Shown here: positions 42,604 to 50,699 of the stretch, in pieces
How the letters are laid out: each line of letters begins with the position of its first letter
Position numbering within the stretch: position 1 is the stretch's first letter
Source of the DNA: a bacterium
GTDB taxonomy: Bacteria > Patescibacteriota > Patescibacteriia > Patescibacteriales > GWC2-42-12
DNA length: 64,000 nt
NCBI GenBank assembly: GCA_030650415.1
Contig: JAUSEG010000005.1
Location: forward strand, 23,333-87,332
Reading direction: 5' to 3'
Notes under the pieces: model-generated
What the model was told of the DNA's origin: nothing
Database searches by the model: none
Seen by the model: the letters and a program-made list of their open reading frames with translations, nothing else
Program-made: the position numbers and the translations under genes

Positions 42604-42930
42604 TTATTTTCCAACTTTAGAAACCGAAGCTGGAGCGGCCGGAGCCACAGCTCCTTTAGCTTGGTCTTTAGCCATTTTGCCGCCGTGGCTGACAAACTTT
42701 CTGGTCGGTGAGAACTCGCCTAATTTATGGCCAACCATATTTTCAACAATAAATACCGGTGTATGTTGCTTGCCATTATGCACGCCGATGGTAAAACCTA
42801 CCATTTCCGGAGCAATTGTACAAGCTCTATCCCAAACTTTAATGATAGTCTTATCGCCGGGGCGCAAAGCTCTAAGCTTTTTCATCAATCTTTCGTTAAG
42901 GTATGGGCCTTTTTTTAAACTTCTTGTCAT
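42604..42930 (-). CDS. rpsS: 30S ribosomal protein S19
   Basis: [18 protein letters not shown] and [11 protein letters not shown]. Confidence 0.93.
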   Translation of the reverse strand: MTRSLKKGPYLNERLMKKLRALRPGDKTIIKVWDRACTIAPEMVGFTIGVHNGKQHTPVFIVENMVGHKLGEFSPTRKFVSHGGKMAKDQAKGAVAPAAPASVSKVGK

Positions 42931-42952
42931 ATATTAATAATTATTACGTGGA

Positions 42953-43786
42953 TTATTTTTTCCTTCTGGAAACAATCAATCTGTTTGATCGCTTCTTATG
43001 TTTTCTGGTCTTAACGCCTAAGGCCGGCTTGCCCCATTTCGTCTTCGGATGCTTCAAGCCGATTGGCTGCTTGCCTTCGCCGCCGCCATGCGGATGATCA
43101 ACCGGATTCATGGCCGTACCTCTGACCGTCGGCCTGACGCCTAAGAGTCTTTGCCGACCGGCTCTACCGATTACGATATGGCTTCTGTCTAAATTGCTAA
43201 CCTGGCCAACTGTGCAAAGACATTCTTTATTGACTAATCTGATTTCGCTTGAAGGCATTTTAATTTGCGCGTTATCGCCTAAAATACCCATAACAAAAAC
43301 TAGATTTCCCGCTGATCTGGCAATTTTAGCGCCTCGACCCGGTTCCAACTCTATATTATAAACCTCAACTCCCGGCGGAATAAATTTAATCGGCATGGCA
43401 TTACCGGCCTTTATTTCAATCTGCTTTTTAGAACTCATTATCTCGTCACCGACTTTTAAGCCGACGGGCATGATAATATATCTCTTAGCTCCATCTCTAT
43501 AGTATACCAAGCTGATTCTCGCTCCGCGATTCGGATCATATTCAATCGACATGATTTTTCCCGGTATATCGAATTTATCTCTAAAAAAATCAATCTGGCG
43601 GATATATCTTTTAACGCCGCCGCCCTGATGTCTAACGGTAATTTTACCGGTATTATTTCTGCCGGCTTGGCCCTTTTTTATATAAATCAAACTCTTCTCC
43701 GGTTCAGTTTTAGTGATATCGGAAAAATCGTCGAATGTCGCCGACCTTCTGCCCGGTGATGTAGGTTTTACTATTTTAATCCCCAT
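42953..43786 (-). CDS. rplB: 50S ribosomal protein L2
   Basis: Start moved to MGIKIVKPTSPGRR. MNPVDHPHGGGEGK motif. Confidence 0.93.
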   Translation of the reverse strand: MGIKIVKPTSPGRRSATFDDFSDITKTEPEKSLIYIKKGQAGRNNTGKITVRHQGGGVKRYIRQIDFFRDKFDIPGKIMSIEYDPNRGARISLVYYRDGAKRYIIMPVGLKVGDEIMSSKKQIEIKAGNAMPIKFIPPGVEVYNIELEPGRGAKIARSAGNLVFVMGILGDNAQIKMPSSEIRLVNKECLCTVGQVSNLDRSHIVIGRAGRQRLLGVRPTVRGTAMNPVDHPHGGGEGKQPIGLKHPKTKWGKPALGVKTRKHKKRSNRLIVSRRKK

Positions 43787-43800
43787 AGATTCAATTAGCA

Positions 43801-43858
43801 ATTACGAATTACGAATTAATTATTTCAGATTTTTAATTCGTAATTTTTAATTTTTAAT
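43801..43858. repeat. AT-rich hairpin built from AATTACG/CGTAATT words
   Basis: ATTACGAATTACGAATTAA vs TTAATTCGTAAT, in the rplW-rplB spacer. Related words occur at 10440-10490. Confidence 0.55.
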
Positions 43859-43862
43859 TGGT

Positions 43863-44396
43863 TTACACGCCTTCGTAAATTTTAATAGCTTGATCTTTTG
43901 GTAAAGTTACTATGGCCTTTTTCCAGTCTTTTCTTTTGCCGCTGATTTTTCCGTAACGAGCGTTCTTGCCCATCATTTTAATAACATTCACACTAGTTGG
44001 CTTAATGCCATAAACCTCTTTAATGGCTTTAGCGATTTCTATTTTATTGGCATCGCCGGCCACGGCAAAAACATATTTATTTAAAGCGCCTAGATTGCTG
44101 ACTTTTTCCGTAACTAACGGTTTAACCAAGACTTTATAGGCATTGCCATAAGTCGTTCGCGCCTGACCCTTCTTAACCTCCTTGCCCTTACCTGCTCCGA
44201 GCCTGGTCGAGGAGGCGGTCGAAGCAGTACCATATAAATCCTTCATGCTCTTAGTTTCCGGCTCTGCCTTAACAGGAGTTTTTCCAGCGCTAACCGGCGT
44301 CGGCTTGGCCACGGCTTTTTTCTGATCACCTGCCCCGAGCTTAATCGAGGGGTCAGTTTTTTTTCCAAATATTGACATACAATAATTAATTTTCAA
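43863..44396 (-). CDS. rplW: 50S ribosomal protein L23 with ~80-aa N-terminal extension
   Basis: C-terminal YKVLVKPLVTEKVSNL...KIEIAKAIKEVYGIKP. Start uncertain (the ATG at 44378 is also possible). Confidence 0.85.
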   Translation of the reverse strand: MKINYCMSIFGKKTDPSIKLGAGDQKKAVAKPTPVSAGKTPVKAEPETKSMKDLYGTASTASSTRLGAGKGKEVKKGQARTTYGNAYKVLVKPLVTEKVSNLGALNKYVFAVAGDANKIEIAKAIKEVYGIKPTSVNVIKMMGKNARYGKISGKRKDWKKAIVTLPKDQAIKIYEGV

Positions 44397-44525
44397 TTTT
44401 CAATTTACAAATTTTCAATCAATTACCAATGAATTAATGAATTAATTTTCAAATAAAAATATAATTAATTGAAAATTCAATCATTGAAAATTCATTGAAA
44501 ATTGATAATTGTAAATTAAAAATTA
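44384..44525. repeat. AT-rich long hairpin built from TTTCAAT/ATTGAAA words
   Basis: AATTTTCAATTTTCAATTTACAA... vs ...TTGAAAATTGATAATTGTAAATTAAAAATT, in the rplD-rplW spacer. Confidence 0.55.
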
Positions 44526-45275
44526 TTATTTATACCTTTCTTCTAGCTTCTCAACAACGGTTCTTGCAATAATTAAATTCTTATATTTCAACAGGTCTAC
44601 TATATTTATATTATTCATGTTAATCAGCAAAACGCCAGGTAAGTTTTTTGCCGAATTGGTTAATTTCTCATCAGTCTTTTCGACGATAATCAAGATACTG
44701 CGTTTTTTCGCTGATTTACCGGTTTTAGTTTTCTTTGGCTTGGCTTCAACTTGTCCGGTTAAATTCATGGCCTGCTTAACTTCAGCTGAACCGGAATTCA
44801 ATGGAGTAAAAATTTTATTTTCTAAATTAGCTAAAATCTGATTAAAAAATTTGGTTTTAAATTCCGTTATGGAAAATTTATCTAAAACGACTAAATGATC
44901 GCTGGCCAGTTTATCGGATAAAACCATAAGCATGGCGCCCTGCTTCATCTTTTTATTTATCCGCATTTTAAAATTCCGGTCGTTTCTCGGACCGAAGGTT
45001 ACGCCGCCACCCTTCCAAATCGGTGATCGGCTTGAACCGTGGCGCGCTCGGCCCGTGCCTTTTTGCGCCCAAGGTTTTTTACCGCCGCCCCTGACTTCGC
45101 TTCTGGTCTTAGTATGAGCGATAACTTTTCTCTCGTTGGCCATTTGCGTAACAACCGCCTGGTGCACTAGAGCTTCATTAACTTTCACGCCAAAAACCTT
45201 TGAAGAAAGTTCCATCTCTCCGGCAGCTTCCGCGTCTTGGTTGTAGATTTTTATTTTAAGGCTCATATTTTGCAT
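44526..45275 (-). CDS. rplD: 50S ribosomal protein L4
   Basis: GGGKKPWAQKGTGRARHGSSRSPIWKGGGVTFGP. The first track ATG (45281) lies in the repeat terminus, so the start is set to the next ATG. The exact start is uncertain. Confidence 0.88.
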   Translation of the reverse strand: MQNMSLKIKIYNQDAEAAGEMELSSKVFGVKVNEALVHQAVVTQMANERKVIAHTKTRSEVRGGGKKPWAQKGTGRARHGSSRSPIWKGGGVTFGPRNDRNFKMRINKKMKQGAMLMVLSDKLASDHLVVLDKFSITEFKTKFFNQILANLENKIFTPLNSGSAEVKQAMNLTGQVEAKPKKTKTGKSAKKRSILIIVEKTDEKLTNSAKNLPGVLLINMNNINIVDLLKYKNLIIARTVVEKLEERYK

Positions 45276-45392
45276 TGTCATTCCCGCGAAAGCGGGAATC
45301 CAGGAGGAAGCAGTATAAACATTGTTAATAATTTACCGTGTTTGTGCCTCTGCCTCCTGGATTCCCGACAGCCTGCGGCTTCGGGAATGACA
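45276..45392. repeat. Type-1 mosaic palindromic element (downstream flank of the inserted ORF)
   Basis: TGTCATTCCCGCGAAAGCGGGAATCCAGGAGGAAGCAGTATAAAC...TTTGTGCCTCTGCCTCCTGGATTCCCG...CGGGAATGACA. Confidence 0.85.
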
Positions 45393-45435
45393 AGATAAAA
45401 AATTGTTCGTTTTAATATTACTAATCACTAATCTT

Positions 45436-45471
45436 TAAAAAATGGGGGTATTAGTAAATTGCGCTACCCCC
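45436..45471 (-). terminator. Candidate intrinsic terminator after the inserted 104-aa ORF
   Basis: Minus strand reads GGGGGTA-14 nt-TACCCCC followed by ATTTTTT, 9 nt after the stop. Confidence 0.5.
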
Positions 45472-45479
45472 GATCGGCC

Positions 45480-45794
45480 TTAGCCGATGGTCACGCAAGG
45501 AACGCCGCTACTTTCTGACTTAACCTTACCCTCCTTCTTCGACAATCTCTTGATGAAATTGGCAACCGCCTTGGCTATGCGTATTTGTTCCGCCTTGGCG
45601 CGGTATTCATCAGACTTACGCGCCCTTATTCTCGGATCACCGTAGGTCACCATCTCTGAATCTTCTTCATAGGCCACGGCCGCGGCTTCCAATTCTCTCA
45701 ACTCTTGCTTCAGCCTCCTGCAACGACCGGATAACCTAATGGCCGTTTGCTGCAACCACGCCTTGTCAATAACTACCATCGTTTGTGTTTTCAT
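45480..45794 (-). CDS. Hypothetical 104-aa protein inserted between rplC and rplD
   Basis: An ATG at 45794 is preceded by ACGGAGATCAAAC (GGAG Shine-Dalgarno). Visibly more G+C-rich than its neighbours. Predicted helical and charged (RELEAAAVAYEED..RAKAEQIRIAKAVANFIKRL). No motif recognised. Confidence 0.55.
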   Translation of the reverse strand: MKTQTMVVIDKAWLQQTAIRLSGRCRRLKQELRELEAAAVAYEEDSEMVTYGDPRIRARKSDEYRAKAEQIRIAKAVANFIKRLSKKEGKVKSESSGVPCVTIG

Positions 45795-45838
45795 GTTTGA
45801 TCTCCGTGTTTTTGTTTCTGTTGTTTTATTGTTTGATT

Positions 45839-46026
45839 TGTCATTCCCGCGAAAGCACTCTGTTTTCTTTCTCTGCGCCGAGGTCGGCACCGAGGAGCAA
45901 TCCAGGAGGAAGCAGTACAAACGATCCTTATCGTTTACTATATTTGTGCCTCTGCCTCCTGGATTCTCATGGCTACGCCAGATCTCGCGTAGCGATGACC
46001 GACAGGCTTCGCCTTCGGGAATGACA
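45839..46026. repeat. Type-1 mosaic palindromic element (upstream flank of the inserted ORF)
   Basis: Same orientation and same inner core (ATCCAGGAGGAAGCAGTACAAAC...TTTGTGCCTCTGCCTCCTGGATT) as 45276-45392, plus a GCTACGCCAGATCTCGCGTAGC module. Confidence 0.85.
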
Positions 46027-46034
46027 AAATAATA

Positions 46035-46850
46035 TTATTTCACTTTTTCTTCTTTCTTTTCCACTTTAACCGCTTCAACTTTTTTCTCCTCTTTAACTGA
46101 CTCGGTAACTTTAACTGCTTCAATCGGTTTTTCGGTCTTTACTTCTGCCACCGTCTCCGCTTTCGGCTGGGCTTGTCCTGAGCTTGCCGAAGGGGCAATT
46201 TTTAAATTTCCGTCTCCGTAAACTAAAACCACGCTATTTCTCGCGCCCGGAACCGCGCCGCTAATATATAAAATATTATTTTCTTTATCAACTTGCGCGA
46301 TTTTTAAATTGGCTGTCGTCACGCGCTCATCACCCATTCGGCCGGGCATCCTTTTATTCTTAAAAACGTGCTGAGGGCCGCCGGCGCCAATCGCTCCCGA
46401 AGTTCTAACCTGATCTTTTGTGCCGTGAGTGGTATTATGGCCATGAAAGCCATGTCTTTTCACGCTGCCTTGAAAACCCTTGCCTTTTGAAGTGCCGGTA
46501 ACTTTTATAACATCGCCGACTTCAAAGGTGCCGGCATCAACTATATCGCCTATTTTTAAATCTTTAACTTCTTCTCTAAACTCGCGATAATATCTTAAAT
46601 TTTTTCCAAAGCCCGGTTTTCCGCCCCTAGCCGAAATCTTAGCTTTCTTTAAATGGCCGAGCTGGGGTTTATTGATATTTTTTTCTTTTCTTTCCGAAAA
46701 CCCAAGCTGAACCGCCGCGTAGCCGTCCGAATTGATGCTTTTTAACTGGACAACCGGACATGGTCCGGCCTGAACTTTCGTTACGGCTACCAGTTTTTCG
46801 CCTTGCCAAATCTGGGTCATTTCAATTTTTTTTCCTATAATAAATTTCAT
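46035..46850 (-). CDS. rplC: 50S ribosomal protein L3 with C-terminal extension
   Basis: GKGFQGSVKRHGFHGHNTTHGT, GRMGDERVT and synteny. Confidence 0.92.
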   Translation of the reverse strand: MKFIIGKKIEMTQIWQGEKLVAVTKVQAGPCPVVQLKSINSDGYAAVQLGFSERKEKNINKPQLGHLKKAKISARGGKPGFGKNLRYYREFREEVKDLKIGDIVDAGTFEVGDVIKVTGTSKGKGFQGSVKRHGFHGHNTTHGTKDQVRTSGAIGAGGPQHVFKNKRMPGRMGDERVTTANLKIAQVDKENNILYISGAVPGARNSVVLVYGDGNLKIAPSASSGQAQPKAETVAEVKTEKPIEAVKVTESVKEEKKVEAVKVEKKEEKVK

Positions 46851-46875
46851 ATCTAATAAATTATTCTCTTTTTAC

Positions 46876-46955
46876 TGTCATTCCCGCGCAGGCGGGAATC
46901 CAAAAACGGATTTTTTACTTCTCACTCCTGGATTCCCGCCTTCGCGGGAATGACA
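46876..46955. repeat. Type-1 mosaic palindromic element
   Basis: TGTCATTCCCGCGCAGGCGGGAATCCA...CTGGATTCCCGCCTTCGCGGGAATGACA, in the 356-nt rpsJ-rplC spacer. Confidence 0.85.
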
Positions 46956-47206
46956 AGAGAAAAATATTTAATGGTTATTCAAAGCTCTAAATATAAAAAA
47001 ACCGGTCTTCAACAAACCAGTCCAAAACCGCTTTAACACGGTGGCTATTACAAATTATTTTCCAAAAAAGGAATTTAATTTTGACTCTTGGTTTGATTGA
47101 ATTTTACCTCGCTCTAAATATTAACTTTTATTCAAACACTTTCCCTAAAGGAGTTGTCTAAACAATCATTAATATAATATATAAAAATACTAACTAATAT
47201 ATTCTA

Positions 47207-47578
47207 TTACATTTTTATCTCGATGTCAACCCCGGCCGGTAGGCCAAGATTAGTCAAAGATTCTATAGTCTTAGCTGTCGGTTCAATGATATCCACCAAT
47301 CTTTTATGAATTCTGATCTCGTATTGATCCCTTGAATCCTTATGCACAAAGGTTGAACTGTTTACCGTATACTTTTTCTTTTCAATCGGCAACGGTATCG
47401 GTCCGTAAATCTGGGCGCCGGTCCTTTCGGCCGTGTCGATAATCGTCTTAGTGGATTGATCAATAATTTTATGATCAAAAGCTTTAATTTTAATGCGGAT
47501 TCTCTGTTTAGAATCTTCATTGACTCTTACTTCTGATTTGTCGTCTTTAACGGATTTTTTGTCTTTAACTTCAGTCAT
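47207..47578 (-). CDS. rpsJ: 30S ribosomal protein S10 with ~22-aa N-terminal extension
   Basis: [18 protein letters not shown]...HKRLVDII. Confidence 0.92.
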   Translation of the reverse strand: MTEVKDKKSVKDDKSEVRVNEDSKQRIRIKIKAFDHKIIDQSTKTIIDTAERTGAQIYGPIPLPIEKKKYTVNSSTFVHKDSRDQYEIRIHKRLVDIIEPTAKTIESLTNLGLPAGVDIEIKM

Positions 47579-47670
47579 GTTGCTTAAATTTTAAAATTAA
47601 AATTGTAAATATCTAAATATATTCTACCCTTTTATTAAATAAAAACTGTATTAAAAACTGTTACCCTTGG

Positions 47671-47946
47671 TTAAGCGTGGTCCAGCTCCGAAAAAGCTTC
47701 CGCTCCGTTATGTAGTGGAAGAGAATAAAGCTCCGCTACTTTTTTTGCAAGCGAAATTGTCTCACCCGTCTGATTGGAGTAATCTTCTCTTTCGTTGCTA
47801 AATTGAGACTTTTTACTTAGCTGGTTACGGTCAAGCGCATAAGTTTTCAAAGCCCGGATAATAATATCCGCTTCCTCCATAGTGAGTTTTAATTCTCCTT
47901 TTTCTCTCTCAATCGGTGCTTTTTCTCCAAATTTTTGTTCTGGCAT
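47671..47946 (-). CDS. Hypothetical protein between tuf and rpsJ
   Basis: The track ORF starts at a TTG. The first ATG (47946) gives MPEQKFGEK.... No motif recognised. Confidence 0.35.
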   Translation of the reverse strand: MPEQKFGEKAPIEREKGELKLTMEEADIIIRALKTYALDRNQLSKKSQFSNEREDYSNQTGETISLAKKVAELYSLPLHNGAEAFSELDHA

Positions 47947-48038
47947 AAATTTATTTAACCGCAAATCTGCAAATTCACTACGAATAAAACAAACAGTATT
48001 CGTAATATTCGTAGCTGATTTGTAGATTTGTGGAATGT

Positions 48039-49226
48039 TTACTTAATAATTTTTGTTACCACGCCCGCGCCGACGGTCTTACCGCCTTCGCGAATGGCGA
48101 ATCTCTGTTTTTCTTCCAGAGCAACCGGAGAAATCAATTTAATTTTCAAGTTGACAGTATCACCGGGCATAACCATTTCCGAACCTTCCGGCAATTCTAC
48201 TTCACCGGTAACGTCAGTTGTGCGGATATAGAATTGAGGCTTATAGCCCTTGAAAAACGGTTTATGACGGCCGCCTTCTTCTTTCGTTAAAATAAAGACT
48301 TCGGCGTCAAATTCCGAATGAGGAGTAACTGTTCCCGGCTTGGCTAAAACCTGGCCTCTCTCCACTTCGTCTTTCTTAGTACCGCGGAGCAAGAGTCCGG
48401 CGTTATCTCCAGCCATACCACTGTCTAGAGATTTATTAAACATTTCAATGCCGGTAATAACGGTTTTTTGCGTATCGCGCAAACCGATAATTTCCACTTC
48501 TTCGTTTACCTTAATCTGGCCTCTTTCAATTCTGCCGGTCACGACAGTACCGCGGCCTTCAATTGAGAAAATATCTTCAACCGGCATTAAGAATGGCTTG
48601 TCGATTTCGCGTTTCGGTTCAGGAATATATTCGTCCAAAGCTTTAGTTAAATCTAAAATCGCTTGGCCGTATTCACCGGTTGGATTTTCCAGAGCTTTAA
48701 GAGCTGAGCCTCTGATAATCGGCGTGGTATCGCCGGGGAATTCATATTTCTTTAATAAATCGCGAATTTCTTCTTCAACTAAATCAATTAGTTCTTTATC
48801 TTCAACCATGTCGCATTTATTTAAGAAAACTACTATGTAAGGTACGCCGACTTGTCTGGCGAGTAAGATATGCTCTCTGGTTTGAGGCATCGGTCCATCG
48901 GTCGCTGCTACTACGAGTATGGCTCCGTCCATTTGCGCGGCGCCGGTAATCATGTTCTTTACATAATCGGCGTGTCCCGGACAATCGACGTGAGCATAGT
49001 GTCTTTTTTCGGTCTCATATTCAACGTGGCAAGTGGCAATAGTAATGCCGCGAGCCTTTTCTTCTGGAGCCGAGTCAATTTGATCAACGCCTTTATCAGA
49101 GGCCTTAAATCCCTTGCTAAGCGCTACTTTAAGCAACGCCGCGGTTAGAGTAGTCTTGCCATGATCAACGTGTCCGATAGTTCCGACATTAAGATGAGGT
49201 TTTGAGCGATTAAATTTTTCTGCCAT
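48039..49226 (-). CDS. tuf: Elongation factor Tu
   Basis: [15 protein letters not shown] and NKCD motifs. 395 aa. Confidence 0.97.
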   Translation of the reverse strand: MAEKFNRSKPHLNVGTIGHVDHGKTTLTAALLKVALSKGFKASDKGVDQIDSAPEEKARGITIATCHVEYETEKRHYAHVDCPGHADYVKNMITGAAQMDGAILVVAATDGPMPQTREHILLARQVGVPYIVVFLNKCDMVEDKELIDLVEEEIRDLLKKYEFPGDTTPIIRGSALKALENPTGEYGQAILDLTKALDEYIPEPKREIDKPFLMPVEDIFSIEGRGTVVTGRIERGQIKVNEEVEIIGLRDTQKTVITGIEMFNKSLDSGMAGDNAGLLLRGTKKDEVERGQVLAKPGTVTPHSEFDAEVFILTKEEGGRHKPFFKGYKPQFYIRTTDVTGEVELPEGSEMVMPGDTVNLKIKLISPVALEEKQRFAIREGGKTVGAGVVTKIIK

Positions 49227-49244
49227 ATTTATTTTTCTACGGCT

Positions 49245-49268
49245 CCCCCACCAACTTGTAGGTGGGGG
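49245..49268. other. GC-rich hairpin immediately upstream of the tuf start
   Basis: CCCCCACC-AACTTGTA-GGTGGGGG. Same stem family as the terminators at 6484 and 16539, but on the minus strand no U-run follows it. Confidence 0.5.
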
Positions 49269-49367
49269 ATTTTTGCCTGATATTTATTAAAATAGGCTAC
49301 CAGCCGTCTTTATTATTTATTTAAATTAATTATTTTTTTGACAAATTTAGTTTGTGGATTACACTTG

Positions 49368-49949
49368 TTATACCCCCGCAGTAAGACGTTCCTTCATAAT
49401 TATCAAACTAGTCACTAATAGCTCTTCACTATTTACTAAATCAGTATTAAATATAATTTCCACATAATGTGGGGAGAGTTCCTTCCTTGTACAAAACAAT
49501 TCTCCTTCTCTGTAGGTCTGACTTGTTAATAATAAATTGTTGACTTGGGTAGTGTACCTAGAACTATTTATTTGAAAAATTCTACTATTTTTATCAATAT
49601 TAATTTCATAAACTTTCTCACTCAAAATTAACTTATCTTTTAAAAAAACTTCACCATTATTTTTAACAAAACTTCTTTGATACTCACCATTTTCTGCTCC
49701 ATCCAATTGCTTGAAACCAATGTCCTTAATCTTGCCCCAAGCTTCAAAAATACGACTGTCGCTTAATTTAATTTTTGTGCGACCCGCTGAGATTTGACTT
49801 CCATAAAAATACAAAATTTTTGCCCAATGGCGACTTTCTGGCTGATGCTTATTAAATAGAGACTTATCCTTGACGCGCCCAGAAATCTGTACGGTTAAAG
49901 AAATGCCAGCAATAATAACAATAATAATAAATGCAATTAATCCTGCCAT
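49368..49949 (-). CDS. Hypothetical membrane-anchored protein (very AT-rich)
   Basis: N-terminal TM segment MAGLIAFIIIVIIAGISLTV. The rest is N/K/I-rich with no recognised motif. Confidence 0.45.
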   Translation of the reverse strand: MAGLIAFIIIVIIAGISLTVQISGRVKDKSLFNKHQPESRHWAKILYFYGSQISAGRTKIKLSDSRIFEAWGKIKDIGFKQLDGAENGEYQRSFVKNNGEVFLKDKLILSEKVYEINIDKNSRIFQINSSRYTTQVNNLLLTSQTYREGELFCTRKELSPHYVEIIFNTDLVNSEELLVTSLIIMKERLTAGV

Positions 49950-49986
49950 AAAATATACGAATAGAAAACACTCACAATTTGTGTCT

Positions 49987-50403
49987 TTAAAACGCCAAGT
50001 CTTCCAGGTATTGCCGGTCTTCTTCTATTATTTCCTCGGCGTTGATTTTTCTCTTTGAAGGAATCGACCAGCTCTTATTGAATTTCCTGATCATTTTCTC
50101 CCGCGCCTCTTCATGCTCTTCGCGGCCTTCCTTCTTCGGCAGTTCGGCCAAATGATCCAGGTCCGTGTCCAGGTCGTTATCTAAATTCTGCTCGCTTTTC
50201 CAAATTGCAATATCACGATTTATTTTATCAAGTAATTCATCTTCTGTCAATCCGCGGACTTCGCTCTTGCCTAAAACCAGATTTTCATAATCTTTTAGCG
50301 CCAAAACCACAAAAGTATTGTCTGGTTTAGAGCTATCAAAAATAATCAGCCGATCGCCGGTTTTCTTGACTAAATTAATGGCTTTTTGCAATTGATCATG
50401 CAT
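49987..50403 (-). CDS. Hypothetical acidic protein; N-terminus weakly Phd/YefM-antitoxin-like
   Basis: VKKTGDRLIIFDSSKPDNTFVVLALKDYENLV resembles the beta-beta-alpha core of YefM-type antitoxins. The C-terminus is acidic and charged. The resemblance is by eye only. Confidence 0.4.
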   Translation of the reverse strand: MHDQLQKAINLVKKTGDRLIIFDSSKPDNTFVVLALKDYENLVLGKSEVRGLTEDELLDKINRDIAIWKSEQNLDNDLDTDLDHLAELPKKEGREEHEEAREKMIRKFNKSWSIPSKRKINAEEIIEEDRQYLEDLAF

Positions 50404-50477
50404 AGGACTTTATCTTAAATTTAATTAAGAACACCTATATTATATATTTTATCTTAACAAATTGTCAAACAAAGCAT

Positions 50478-50664
50478 TGTCATTGCGAGGAATCCTATTT
50501 CATTTTGTCATCCCCGCGCAGGCGGGGATCCAGGTTAAAAACGAAAAAATTTCGGTTTACTGAAATAATGGCAAAACAAAATGTCCGTGTCGCTGAACTC
50601 TGGATTCCGGCTCGCCTTCGGCTTAAAGGCCGGAATGACAAAAAGACGGTCGCTCGCAATGACA
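50478..50664. repeat. Nested type-1 elements (one copy inside another)
   Basis: Outer TGTCATTGCGAGG...GTCGCTCGCAATGACA. Inner TGTCATCCCCGCGCAGGCGGGGATCCAGG...CTGGATTCCGGC...GGCCGGAATGACA. Confidence 0.85.
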
Positions 50665-50699
50665 GAAGCTTTGTATTTTCAATTGAAAATTAAAAATTT

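Noticed and set aside
35848-49148. Plus-strand ORFs overlapping ribosomal protein, EF-Tu and other conserved genes (e.g. 35848-36240, 36373-36753, 40275-40739, 41289-41837, 41915-42355, 48340-48840)
   Set aside because: The opposite strand encodes unmistakable conserved proteins, so these are antisense shadow ORFs.
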